Below, piece after piece: positions 25,284 to 33,705 of a stretch of 33,754 nucleotides of DNA; position 1 is the first letter of the stretch; each line of letters opens with the position of its first letter. Position numbers and translations under genes: made by a program. This DNA comes from a virus (Duplodnaviria > Caudoviricetes), in the IMG/VR virus record IMGVR_UViG_3300022178_002680, positions 1 through 33,754 of that record. One strand, written 5' to 3'. The notes beneath the pieces are model-generated. The model saw only the letters and a program-made list of their open reading frames with translations, ran no database searches and was not told where the DNA came from.

Positions 25284-25478
25284 ATGAGTGATGATATGTC
25301 TGCAAGTGAAGTCGATCGATTGTGTAAAGCGATGGATCAGCTCGACGAGAGTAGGGAGCAGTCCTTAAACCGGATTGACGCTTTAATAGATGGCATTGAA
25401 GCTAAGTTGGATCTATTGGCATTGGCTAGCACCTCAGAGGTAAACCGGCCAAAAATGCCGGACAAACCGGACGCATAA
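25284..25478 (+). CDS. Small coiled-coil protein
   Basis: AGGAG RBS; heptad pattern. Confidence 0.7.
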   Translation: MSDDMSASEVDRLCKAMDQLDESREQSLNRIDALIDGIEAKLDLLALASTSEVNRPKMPDKPDA

Positions 25479-25554
25479 TTCCACAGTCCCCCAGTACCAG
25501 TGGCTATAAGAGGTACATTACCGGCCATACAACGGGACATTACCGGCCAAAAAT
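25444..25554 (+). repeat. Dispersed ACCGGCCA direct repeats
   Basis: ACCGGCCAAAAAT at 25444 and 25542; ACATTACCGGCCA at 25515 and 25537. Confidence 0.75.
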
Positions 25555-25597
25555 ACCAGGCAGTCAATATCGGATCTACCATTGTGCAAAATAAAGC

Positions 25598-25665
25598 TTG
25601 ACTTGTTATCAGATCTGCGTTATAATGTCTGTATAAGATGAATCGACAAGAGTGATACGAGTATG
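25598..25665 (+). promoter_or_regulatory. Promoter-leader cassette copy 5
   Basis: TTGACT-N17-TATAAT-N4-GTATAAGATGAAT...AAGAGTGA...ATG. Confidence 0.85.
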
Positions 25666-26034
25666 ATTAATATCGAAAAAGAGAAGACAGCTCTGCTTAA
25701 GCAACGAGCTACCATTCAACGTGAAAATATGTTGGGCTGGACATCCGTTGCCGATTTTGACCTACAAAGCCGACAGCTCGATATGTTAGAAGAATACGTC
25801 GTAGATATGCTGACCAGAATCCAATATGATCAGGAAGGCGTTGTGCCACCACTGTTCAAGAATCCTCCTGAAGTTGGCAAGCTATACGAGTTCAGCAAAA
25901 ATTTCCAGTTTACCGCAGGACGCATATCACGATACGCCAGCACTAACCAGTATGGAGCGTTTGTCGATGAAAACGGAGGCATTTACGACTACTGTCGACC
26001 TGTAGATCCAGAGCAGCAGTCGTTCGGGATCTGA
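25663..26034 (+). CDS. Hypothetical protein
   Basis: Starts at cassette ATG. Confidence 0.75.
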   Translation: MINIEKEKTALLKQRATIQRENMLGWTSVADFDLQSRQLDMLEEYVVDMLTRIQYDQEGVVPPLFKNPPEVGKLYEFSKNFQFTAGRISRYASTNQYGAFVDENGGIYDYCRPVDPEQQSFGI

Positions 26035-26059
26035 GAATTATATCATTAGAGGAAGCACC

Positions 26060-26629
26060 ATGAAGACTCCAGAGATGGACGACTATCGCAAAACAATCAC
26101 TGATCTTATATCGATAATGGAAGGTGAGATAGACGCAGCAAAAACCAAGAAAGCAATACAGCACGCCCAAATAGCACTAAGGAAATACCCCAAGGATATA
26201 GAGATCGGCGAATATCGTGACGTAATACACTCCCTGATCTTCCTTATGGAGTGGGGCGTGAACGAGTACACGAAAAACGACTGGATTCGCAGCAGTAGAT
26301 CTATATTGGATAGTAACGTAGAAACTGTTATATCAGACCCTACCATGACTATCTCTATACCGAACCTGTTGAGTGTTCCGATACCAAAGATCGAACGGAT
26401 ATCTGAAATAACCAAAACAGGGCTATACATGCTAGGCAATTGGATGCTAGACGTTATGTTCCTTATTGATAATAAGCAACAGATATGTGCGACGAATGTC
26501 AACAACAAGACTCGATGTACATTCTATGAACTCTCAGGACCGACCAGCGTTGCGATTGAGGTTGATGGTATCTACGTGGACTCTACATTCACAGATTCGA
26601 TTGCAGACTTTTTAGGAATTAAAGATTAA
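26060..26629 (+). CDS. Hypothetical protein
   Basis: GAGGA RBS; possible internal duplication. Confidence 0.75.
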   Translation: MKTPEMDDYRKTITDLISIMEGEIDAAKTKKAIQHAQIALRKYPKDIEIGEYRDVIHSLIFLMEWGVNEYTKNDWIRSSRSILDSNVETVISDPTMTISIPNLLSVPIPKIERISEITKTGLYMLGNWMLDVMFLIDNKQQICATNVNNKTRCTFYELSGPTSVAIEVDGIYVDSTFTDSIADFLGIKD

Positions 26630-26635
26630 AATGTC

Positions 26636-26664
26636 TTGACAGGGACGTCGAACCATAGTATAAT
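26636..26664 (+). promoter_or_regulatory. Sigma70 promoter for dsbA-33-59
   Basis: TTGACA-N17-TATAAT. Confidence 0.9.
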
Positions 26665-26741
26665 GTCCATATAGAACGAAGTAAGACCATGATAGTGCAT
26701 TTAGCACGAACTTTAAAATTAACGTACAAGGTGAATATAAC

Positions 26742-26999
26742 ATGACTGGAATTATCATACCAACATCAGATGCAGACAAGAAGCGTATCAAAGGCTGCAT
26801 GACCGAAATCAGTAACTCCTATCTGCGTCAAGAAGCTGAGCGCTCGTTCATCAAAGAAGCTCTTGTATCGCTGGAAGAAGATGTCGGCATCCCAAAGAAG
26901 TACCTGTCTAAGATGGCTCGTATCTTCCATAAGCAGAACATGAGCGAACTTATGTCTGAGATCGAAGAGATCGAAGCACTGCTCGAAACTGTACAGTAA
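26742..26999 (+). CDS. dsbA: T4-like double-stranded DNA-binding protein
   Basis: EISNS....EAE...IKE.......GIPKK...KMARIFHKQN; synteny with genes 33-59-32. Confidence 0.85.
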   Translation: MTGIIIPTSDADKKRIKGCMTEISNSYLRQEAERSFIKEALVSLEEDVGIPKKYLSKMARIFHKQNMSELMSEIEEIEALLETVQ

Positions 27000-27039
27000 A
27001 CGCCTTGGCCGTTCTGCGGCCATATTCTAGAACCACACA

Positions 27040-27315
27040 TTGATAATAGGGAACACCATCATCGAAAAACAGGATCTAGAAATACTAAACAAGCTAAGCT
27101 CTGAGTGTATCATGGTGGATATAGCTGAGATGATTACCAAGGGTGTGCCCTATATCGATGCTGTTATTGACTATGCAGAGAGACATAAATTAGAGGTAGA
27201 AGTCGTTGGAGAGATCATTCGACGCTCACCCGTGTTACGAGCTAAGATTTACATGGAAGCTGAGGAGCTTAATCTGGTCGAGAAGTTAGTACGTTTACCG
27301 GGAATGGTAGTATGA
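27040..27315 (+). CDS. 33: Late transcription co-activator gp33 (start uncertain)
   Basis: YIDAVIDY.E...LEVE.V......L.AKI..EAEELN; synteny. Confidence 0.85.
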   Translation: MIIGNTIIEKQDLEILNKLSSECIMVDIAEMITKGVPYIDAVIDYAERHKLEVEVVGEIIRRSPVLRAKIYMEAEELNLVEKLVRLPGMVV

Positions 27316-27917
27316 CAGGAACGTCGATGTACACCACTCGAGACGCCTTCGAGTTGTACACTTACTACATGGCAATGAAGAAGCACTTTACCACTAGCTA
27401 CGATTACGTCAAGTACGGTGGTAAGATGCGACTAAGCGTCGATAGCTTTGAGAATAGAAAGGACAAGTTCTTCTTCTATAAACTGGCTAAGAGACGGGAC
27501 TGTAAAGACTTCGTGTTAGCGAACCTGATACAGAAACCCAACTTATGGATAGGCGATTTGGTCAATAGCGAGTATGCGAATACTATCTACACCGAGTGGT
27601 CGAAGCGGCAACAAGCAATCACTTATGTATTTAAGAATGAGCTGGAGGAGTTAGATGATGACTTCAACAGTAACTTTGTTGTCGAAGATGGACAGTACCC
27701 TAGCGTACTAAAGCTTTATAATACTAAACGAGTTAGCATTGAGAGTCTCATCATACTAGATGACCTCACACACTGCTTCAAGTACTGGGATCGAGCTATC
27801 AATGATACGATAGTTTATCCGAGTATAAATAAGACTGTTCAAAACTATAAGCCATTTTTATCATACGATAAAGCTAAAATGCGCAAAATATGTCTTGACA
27901 GATACTCCGTTCTATAG
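27312..27917 (+). CDS. 59: Helicase loader gp59
   Basis: Y..YMAMKKHFT..YDYVKYGGK......FE.RKDKFFF.KLA; KY/NYKPFL-type C-terminus; synteny. Confidence 0.92.
   Translation: MTGTSMYTTRDAFELYTYYMAMKKHFTTSYDYVKYGGKMRLSVDSFENRKDKFFFYKLAKRRDCKDFVLANLIQKPNLWIGDLVNSEYANTIYTEWSKRQQAITYVFKNELEELDDDFNSNFVVEDGQYPSVLKLYNTKRVSIESLIILDDLTHCFKYWDRAINDTIVYPSINKTVQNYKPFLSYDKAKMRKICLDRYSVL
27824..27831 (+). promoter_or_regulatory. T4 late promoter inside gene 59, probably serving gene 32
   Basis: TATAAATA about 150 nt upstream of gene 32. Confidence 0.65.
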
Positions 27918-27978
27918 TATAATAAAGCAATACCAAAACAAACATATAACATAAATCGTAATATTAAGGAATACCCAT
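27895..27978 (+). promoter_or_regulatory. Gene 32 promoter and A-rich unstructured leader (probable autogenous translational operator)
   Basis: TTGACA-N17-TATAAT, then about 50 nt A-rich, G-poor leader with TAAGGA RBS. Confidence 0.75.
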
Positions 27979-28914
27979 ATGGCTACATCATTTTCTGCAC
28001 TAAAGCAAGCTCGTTCAAACTCTTTTGACAAACTGAACTCCCAGCTACAATCAATGGGATCTGCCACAAAGAAAGGCGGTGATGATCGTTTCTGGAAACC
28101 AGATGTCGATAAAGCAGGCAACGGCTACGCAGTAATCCGATTCCTCCCAGCACCCCAGGGTGAAGATATGCCATTCGTTCGTATGTGGGATCACGGCTTT
28201 CAAGGCACTGGTGGTTGGTACATCGAAAACTCTCTTACCACGATCAATCTGGACGATCCATGCTCCGAGTACAACTCTAAGCTCTGGAACTCTGGCCATG
28301 ATGAAGATAAAGAGCAAGCACGTAAACAGAAGCGTCGATTAAGCTATGTTGCTAACATCTACGTTGTATCAGATCCATCTAACCCATCTCGTGAAGGTCA
28401 GACGTATTTGTACAAGTTCGGTAAGAAGATCTTTGATAAGCTGAACGATGCGATGAATCCTTCGTTTGCTGATGAAGCTCCAATCAACCCGTTCGACTTC
28501 TGGGAAGGTGCAGACTTCAAGCTTAAGATCCGTCAGGTTGAAGGCTACCGTAACTACGATAAGTCCGAATTCTCCGCTGTGAATCCGTTGACAGAAGCGA
28601 GTGGTACTGTCGTCTCTGATGAGGACATGGAAGGCGTTTGGAACAAAGCACACTCTTTGTCTGATATCATTGATCCGAAGAACTTCAAGTCTTACACTGA
28701 ATTGAAGACTAAGCTGTACAAAGTTCTGGGATTGGATGGTCGAGATGCTGCTCCAAGTAACACAGCTTCGGATGACGTTGGAATGGAGTTTAGTGCCAAC
28801 TTCAAAGAGCGAGCTACACCAGAGGCACCGACCTCAGCGGCTCGACCTAGCGTTGAAGCATCGAGTGACGATGATGACTCGCTTGACTTCTTCAAGAGTT
28901 TAGCAGAAGAGTAA
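27979..28914 (+). CDS. 32: Single-stranded DNA-binding protein gp32
   Basis: DDRFWKP..DK.GNGYAVIRFLPA, WYIENSLTT, FGKKIFDK, PFDFWEGADFKLKIR, NYDKSEF, acidic tail. Confidence 0.97.
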   Translation: MATSFSALKQARSNSFDKLNSQLQSMGSATKKGGDDRFWKPDVDKAGNGYAVIRFLPAPQGEDMPFVRMWDHGFQGTGGWYIENSLTTINLDDPCSEYNSKLWNSGHDEDKEQARKQKRRLSYVANIYVVSDPSNPSREGQTYLYKFGKKIFDKLNDAMNPSFADEAPINPFDFWEGADFKLKIRQVEGYRNYDKSEFSAVNPLTEASGTVVSDEDMEGVWNKAHSLSDIIDPKNFKSYTELKTKLYKVLGLDGRDAAPSNTASDDVGMEFSANFKERATPEAPTSAARPSVEASSDDDDSLDFFKSLAEE

Positions 28915-28940
28915 TCTTCGATTTAGAATGGTAAGTTAAT

Positions 28941-28971
28941 AAAGGGGAGTGCTAATGCGCTCCCTTTTTTT
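28941..28971. terminator. Bidirectional intrinsic terminator
   Basis: AAAG-GGGAGTGC-TAAT-GCGCTCCC-T7 between convergent genes. Confidence 0.85.
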
Positions 28972-28972
28972 G

Positions 28973-31126
28973 TCAGTTAGATGTCTGACTCGATGGTAGA
29001 TGATTTGCCAGTGCATTAGATCCGTTACTCTGAAACACATTAACCGTGCTACTTGATCCTCCGACATTTGACGTATTGTTCGTGTTTCCTCCAGAGCTAT
29101 TCACAACATTCACTCCAGTTCCTTTCGTCGCATTTATGGGCTTCAACACATTATTGTTGATAGCGTCAAGCTTTCCGCTAATAGGAATGACCGGGCTGAG
29201 CTGATCTTTCGTTATGCGCAGACTGTCTATTTTCTGGATATTCATCTCGTTAAATCGATTGATAACTCGTTCTGAGTTGAACTGGTCTGTGTCACTTTTG
29301 GTGCTAACAGACTCTATTCTGCTTTCGGTCTGGGATGGAGTATTGAACTGTATATTAGACGTGATTGGCTGAAGTCCAGCGCTTGCGTCTGAAGTAGTTG
29401 CTGATACAGTGGACTCTGGTGGTATAGATACGCCACTCTCGAGCGCACTCACCGTTTGTGTAGACTCTGTAACATTACTAGGCACGATATTAGACTTAAT
29501 ATCTTGTATTGGTTTAAAACCATTCATCATGTCTGGTGCTGTGTACTTACCGAGCGCCGATTCGCCCGATCTAGTGTATGATGTCTCGAAATTCTCCTTA
29601 GTTATCATCGCAGGATTCACTGGTTCAGCCGCAGGGCCACCCATAAGGGCGTCTGCTATATGCTCTGCTGCGTATTCGCCACCAACAGCACCGCCAATGG
29701 CTCCGACTATACCACCTAATATGTTACCTATACCAGACTGTCCTACTACAGGTATGAATGTAGTTGCTGCCGCACCAGCAAGTCCCCCTAAGTATGCACC
29801 ACTGATCGATCCTAATGCGCCGCCAATCTCTTTTCTAACAACATCTTCAGGTTCATCATTATAAATCGCCATTGCTGGGTCAATAAGTGCTGGTAGGACT
29901 GCCATCGCAGGACCTGCAAACTTAAAGAATTTGGCGTACTTGGCCAGTTTGGCAGTTCTTCCATCAGCTTCCATTGCTTCTACGATCTGGGATATACTCT
30001 GAAATCTCCCTGTGGTCTTACTTATCACTTTACCGGAGGAGTTTAGAGTCATGCCACTAGGAACCGCTGATCCTTGGCCTTTCATCATCATTCGTGGTGA
30101 TGCACCAGACTTAACAGCCGGTGATGCGCCAGACTTAACAGCCGGTGATGCGCCAGACTTAACGGCAGGTGCTGCGCCAGACTTAACAGCCGGTGATGCG
30201 CCAGACTTAACAGCAGGTGATACACCCGTCTTTGTGGTTGCGCTAGGAATGGATGATGACTTTGGAGCTCCCGGATCATTTCTAACAGGATTGATTGGTT
30301 TATCGAGTTTCGGTACTCTGAAGTTGGACATTTTCGTCTTAATACTATCGAACGCTATTCCTAACGACTTTGTGATCTTAGCTGATAGCAGTACTAACCC
30401 ACCAGAAACTGCCACACCAATAGCTCTGCCGAAGTTGTCCATAACGCCAGGGTCAATATCACCGAAGGGAGTCTCGATGAGTCCTTCCTTGTTCGTATCC
30501 AACCAATCGCTTAAGCTACCTCCTATTGCCCACCCAGTTGAGAGGGCGAATCCTAGCCAGCTTTTCTTAAACAGCTTACCGATCACAGTTGCCCCAATGA
30601 TAAACGTCGACTGTTCTTTCACTGCATCAGCAACTTTCTGCATTGTGGCAGGATCAATGCCTAGATCGAGTCCACCTTCACCAAACACCTCCTTTACGGC
30701 ACCGACCACGAAGTCTATGATCACAGGAGCCAAGAGCGTTGCGATTCCGCCTTTGAGTATGCTTGATGTTAAAGCTTTGATTGACAGTGCTCCAAGCGCT
30801 CCACCAATTAGACCTAATCCTCTTCCTCCTCCCGCTGTATCCGGTGACCCAGAATCCACAGACTCTTGGCCACGATCGTCGGAAGATCTCTGCGCTGGGA
30901 TCTCGGTATCTCCCAAATCTCCTTTACCAACGCTATCTTCTAGTCTAGTACGCTCTGCGTCATTAACCAAATCCTTGGTAAACTTCACTTGACTCGCCTG
31001 AAGAGACTGCATTGATTTTAGGAAACCAGTCTGCTTGATAAGTTGCTTTTCAATGGACGAAAAGATGTCCTCCAGTTTAGGATTCTCAACAAACGCATCT
31101 TCTGGAACTGCTACTACTTCGACCAT
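28973..31126 (-). CDS. Probable tape measure / baseplate hub protein (gp29-like)
   Basis: 717 aa; Gly/Ala-rich hydrophobic segments; Asn/Thr/Ser-rich C-terminus; downstream of genes 26 and 51. Confidence 0.65.
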   Translation of the reverse strand: MVEVVAVPEDAFVENPKLEDIFSSIEKQLIKQTGFLKSMQSLQASQVKFTKDLVNDAERTRLEDSVGKGDLGDTEIPAQRSSDDRGQESVDSGSPDTAGGGRGLGLIGGALGALSIKALTSSILKGGIATLLAPVIIDFVVGAVKEVFGEGGLDLGIDPATMQKVADAVKEQSTFIIGATVIGKLFKKSWLGFALSTGWAIGGSLSDWLDTNKEGLIETPFGDIDPGVMDNFGRAIGVAVSGGLVLLSAKITKSLGIAFDSIKTKMSNFRVPKLDKPINPVRNDPGAPKSSSIPSATTKTGVSPAVKSGASPAVKSGAAPAVKSGASPAVKSGASPAVKSGASPRMMMKGQGSAVPSGMTLNSSGKVISKTTGRFQSISQIVEAMEADGRTAKLAKYAKFFKFAGPAMAVLPALIDPAMAIYNDEPEDVVRKEIGGALGSISGAYLGGLAGAAATTFIPVVGQSGIGNILGGIVGAIGGAVGGEYAAEHIADALMGGPAAEPVNPAMITKENFETSYTRSGESALGKYTAPDMMNGFKPIQDIKSNIVPSNVTESTQTVSALESGVSIPPESTVSATTSDASAGLQPITSNIQFNTPSQTESRIESVSTKSDTDQFNSERVINRFNEMNIQKIDSLRITKDQLSPVIPISGKLDAINNNVLKPINATKGTGVNVVNSSGGNTNNTSNVGGSSSTVNVFQSNGSNALANHLPSSQTSN
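30096..30226 (-). repeat. 24-nt tandem repeat, about 5.5 copies (GASPAVKS)
   Basis: GGTGATGCGCCAGACTTAACAGCC units starting at 30096, 30120, 30144, 30168, 30192, partial at 30216. Confidence 0.95.
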
Positions 31127-31136
31127 TTTACTTACC

Positions 31137-31448
31137 TTATTTGCTCAGTGCTTGACCGGCATAGAATGCCGCAACGATTGCTGCTACCGACACAAAGTAT
31201 GTCGGAGCCATATCGCCTAGGGTTGATGCTGCTTGATCTAATCCGATCCAACTTGCGATTACTACTGCAAACGGATATAGTAACATCCCGAAAAGAGCGA
31301 ACCACGCCATATTGCGTTGAGCGTCATGTCTCTTATCTTCGTTCTCTAGCCGCATTAATTTCTGATCCATATCGAACTCCTCATCTGAGATCCGCTGGGC
31401 ATGAGATGCCTGCGCTGACTCGTTAACTTCTTGTAATATATCAGTCAT
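31137..31448 (-). CDS. Two-TM membrane protein
   Basis: AGGA RBS; charged N-terminus then AWFALFGMLLYPFAVV and YFVSVAAIVAAFY. Confidence 0.8.
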   Translation of the reverse strand: MTDILQEVNESAQASHAQRISDEEFDMDQKLMRLENEDKRHDAQRNMAWFALFGMLLYPFAVVIASWIGLDQAASTLGDMAPTYFVSVAAIVAAFYAGQALSK

Positions 31449-31457
31449 ATCTTTATC

Positions 31458-31619
31458 CTATTGATCTGCGTTTTGGGCGTTTACATATTCTATTAGCATA
31501 TCAACATACACGTCACGTTCGTACGGTATAAGGTTCTCAATATCACTTATCGAGTATTTATGATGTTGAGCCAATGAAAATATAGTTCTATAGTATACTT
31601 TCAGGCTATTATGGCTCAA
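31458..31619 (-). CDS. 51: gp51-like baseplate hub assembly protein (53 aa from TTG; absent from ORF track; possibly frameshift-expressed)
   Basis: LSHNSLKVYYRTIFSLAQHHKYSISDIENLIPYERDVYVDMLIEYVNAQNADQ. Confidence 0.85.
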   Translation of the reverse strand: MSHNSLKVYYRTIFSLAQHHKYSISDIENLIPYERDVYVDMLIEYVNAQNADQ

Positions 31620-31621
31620 CG

Positions 31622-32323
31622 TCAGATAAAAAAAGTTTCCATACCCTCCAACACTAATGATCTATCATCGCCATTAGCATTGACGTACTTCGCCTCGAAA
31701 CGAAGAACCGGAACTGTCTCGAAGAACTTCTTTAGTCCTTCAATCGCTTTACCGGGAAGTGATTCTACGAAAGACTGAATCTCCTCGTCTGTGTAGTCGG
31801 ACATTGAACTCACAGAGTCTCCATCGACTACGCTGTCTATACACGATATCATGATATTGAATAGCGTATCGGTTTGTCCTTCTACAAAGTTTTTAAACAT
31901 AGAAACTTCGTCAAGTCTTGGATATCGCATCATAAGAAACATATCATCATTGATTGTGACTTCTTTCGAATGAGCGGGATCGCTACTGAGCGTTATGTCG
32001 TCGATATCAAGCTCTATCTCGACAGGTAGCTTCGTATCTGGATCTGTGATACTAAATGTGATCATATTGTTAACAGACTTTGATCTCAACTGTAGCATTA
32101 GATACTCTAATTCAAACATCGGAAGAGATTCAACGTCAACGCCATAGACACAGTTACCAATAATCTGTTTTAACGCCAAGAGCGTTTGATTCATATCATC
32201 AGACTCTTGAGCGATTAGCAGTATCTTCTCTTCTTTAACAGTGAAGGGTCTAAATTTGACAACCTCTCCCGTAGAGAATAACTTAGTCTCGAATAGCGGT
32301 AGTTGAATCTTTGGTAATCCCAT
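31622..32323 (-). CDS. 26: gp26-like baseplate hub assembly chaperone
   Basis: LPKI..P......STG..VKFRPFTVKEEKILL, LRSKSV, MRYP, FFETVP, LEGMETFF. Confidence 0.9.
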   Translation of the reverse strand: MGLPKIQLPLFETKLFSTGEVVKFRPFTVKEEKILLIAQESDDMNQTLLALKQIIGNCVYGVDVESLPMFELEYLMLQLRSKSVNNMITFSITDPDTKLPVEIELDIDDITLSSDPAHSKEVTINDDMFLMMRYPRLDEVSMFKNFVEGQTDTLFNIMISCIDSVVDGDSVSSMSDYTDEEIQSFVESLPGKAIEGLKKFFETVPVLRFEAKYVNANGDDRSLVLEGMETFFI

Positions 32324-32351
32324 CTCATTATTTCCTATAGTAAAGTAATTA

Positions 32352-33110
32352 TTAACGTTTAAAAGAATTCACGATTGTTGATACGCTTGTAATTGAGTTT
32401 ATTGCATCTTGGACACTAGTAGGCTTCTTAATTCCATTGATAGCTTGAGCATACGAGTTTATCGAAGAGAACCACGTCAGTAGTCCATTTACGCCATGAG
32501 CGCTATCCAATACGGCACCAGTCTGCGCACCCGAGACTTCTAATGTGTCATATGTAAATCCAACTGGTAGAGTCATCACCTCAGCAGCATTCTCCCACGC
32601 CTCTGATATATTACCCACGTTCACAGGATACACACCACCTAACTTGTATGTATATGTGATTGACTCGGACGCATATGAGTACACGACTATGGTCATGGTC
32701 GTTGCGTACTCGCTCTTATATCCCATCTCATACGGAGTCTGTCCGCCCACAGAGGAGAAGGTTCCAGCACTTGTGTCGTAGTTGACTATAGATTGCGCCC
32801 AGCGATGAAAGAACTTCATTACGCCGAATTCGCTATCTACCATAAACACCGCTGGTATCACCGGAAACGTCATGCCCTGAGGTCGACGAGTTACTGCACC
32901 AAATCCCTGACGTTGGATGTCAGATGTCGCTATATCCATCTCTGGTAGGGTGACACTTCTACAGAAGAACTCTATATCCTTAACGACCTTCACATCATTC
33001 ATAGCATCTGTAATTACTTGTGGCGTGGCAATTCTGACATAGAATAGGTTATTCTGCGCCAAGCCATGCTCACTGATCTTCTTATTAAATGTGTTTATAT
33101 TGAACGCCAT
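32352..33110 (-). CDS. Tail-tube-fold baseplate protein (gp54-like)
   Basis: FCRSVTLP, FF..W, Y.L..VYP..VG.I, V.FTY tube-protein motifs. Confidence 0.75.
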   Translation of the reverse strand: MAFNINTFNKKISEHGLAQNNLFYVRIATPQVITDAMNDVKVVKDIEFFCRSVTLPEMDIATSDIQRQGFGAVTRRPQGMTFPVIPAVFMVDSEFGVMKFFHRWAQSIVNYDTSAGTFSSVGGQTPYEMGYKSEYATTMTIVVYSYASESITYTYKLGGVYPVNVGNISEAWENAAEVMTLPVGFTYDTLEVSGAQTGAVLDSAHGVNGLLTWFSSINSYAQAINGIKKPTSVQDAINSITSVSTIVNSFKR

Positions 33111-33114
33111 TTTA

Positions 33115-33705
33115 TTATCTCATCTTCTTTCGTGAGTCTGCCCAGACTTGTGTTTTGGTTGCGCCTTGGAATCTTTCCAGTGGCAAGAATAGTGCTATAT
33201 CCCATTCGGACGGATATATGTACATGAATTCACTTCTTAGCTGTGATGTTAAATATCGCTTGATACAAGGTTGGAAGTCCTTGTATTTAGATGCACCTTG
33301 CAGTATGTCGTAACTGAGTTTCAGCTTAGTACTCTCGTCGTAGCGCTTGTTATTTGCTGTTGTGTATAGAGCATCCATCAGCTTGGCTCTCAGTGGCAAT
33401 GGAATGTAGTGCATGTTAAGTCCATAAAAGCCACCTGGGGCAACCGAGAACGGGAACACCAATGGGAATCTATCGAAGTACGGTAAAGTCCCTTTACCCT
33501 TTGCATCATAGTAGTACATGTACATCTGACCAATTCTTGGCTTGGCCGTGAGACGATCTGAATCACCTCGCATCAACTTACCTTCATTGACTCTACCATG
33601 CGATTTGGCTGCATCCCTGTACCACGTACGTGCCTGAGCTTCACGAGCAGGTACCTTGCCCTGTCGAATGCCTTTTGTTAGGATTTCATCGAATACTGTT
33701 GCCAT
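33115..33705 (-). CDS. 2: DNA end protector gp2
   Basis: GQMYMYYYDAK.K..LPYFDRFPLV, GLNMHY.P..LR, CIKRYL, W..ALFLP..RF, VWADS. Confidence 0.93.
   Translation of the reverse strand: MATVFDEILTKGIRQGKVPAREAQARTWYRDAAKSHGRVNEGKLMRGDSDRLTAKPRIGQMYMYYYDAKGKGTLPYFDRFPLVFPFSVAPGGFYGLNMHYIPLPLRAKLMDALYTTANNKRYDESTKLKLSYDILQGASKYKDFQPCIKRYLTSQLRSEFMYIYPSEWDIALFLPLERFQGATKTQVWADSRKKMR

Noticed and set aside
21747-25665. Cassette repeats as CRISPR repeats or integron attC sites
   Set aside because: Irregular spacing of hundreds of nt, no palindromic structure, clear promoter and RBS content, no cas or integrase gene seen
27006-27022. TGGCCG-TTCTG-CGGCCA hairpin between dsbA and gene 33
   Set aside because: Short and without a U tract; function cannot be supported
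108-28895. Numerous - strand and nested + strand ORFs in the track
   Set aside because: Overlap well-supported genes and lack RBS, promoter or motifs; only 20953..21381 retained
30096-30226. Possible CRISPR array
   Set aside because: Units are contiguous with no spacers and preserve a coding frame
30012-30992. 326-aa + strand ORF, and 29409..29864
   Set aside because: Antisense shadows of the tape-measure gene; no RBS or promoter, lie beyond the terminator at 28941
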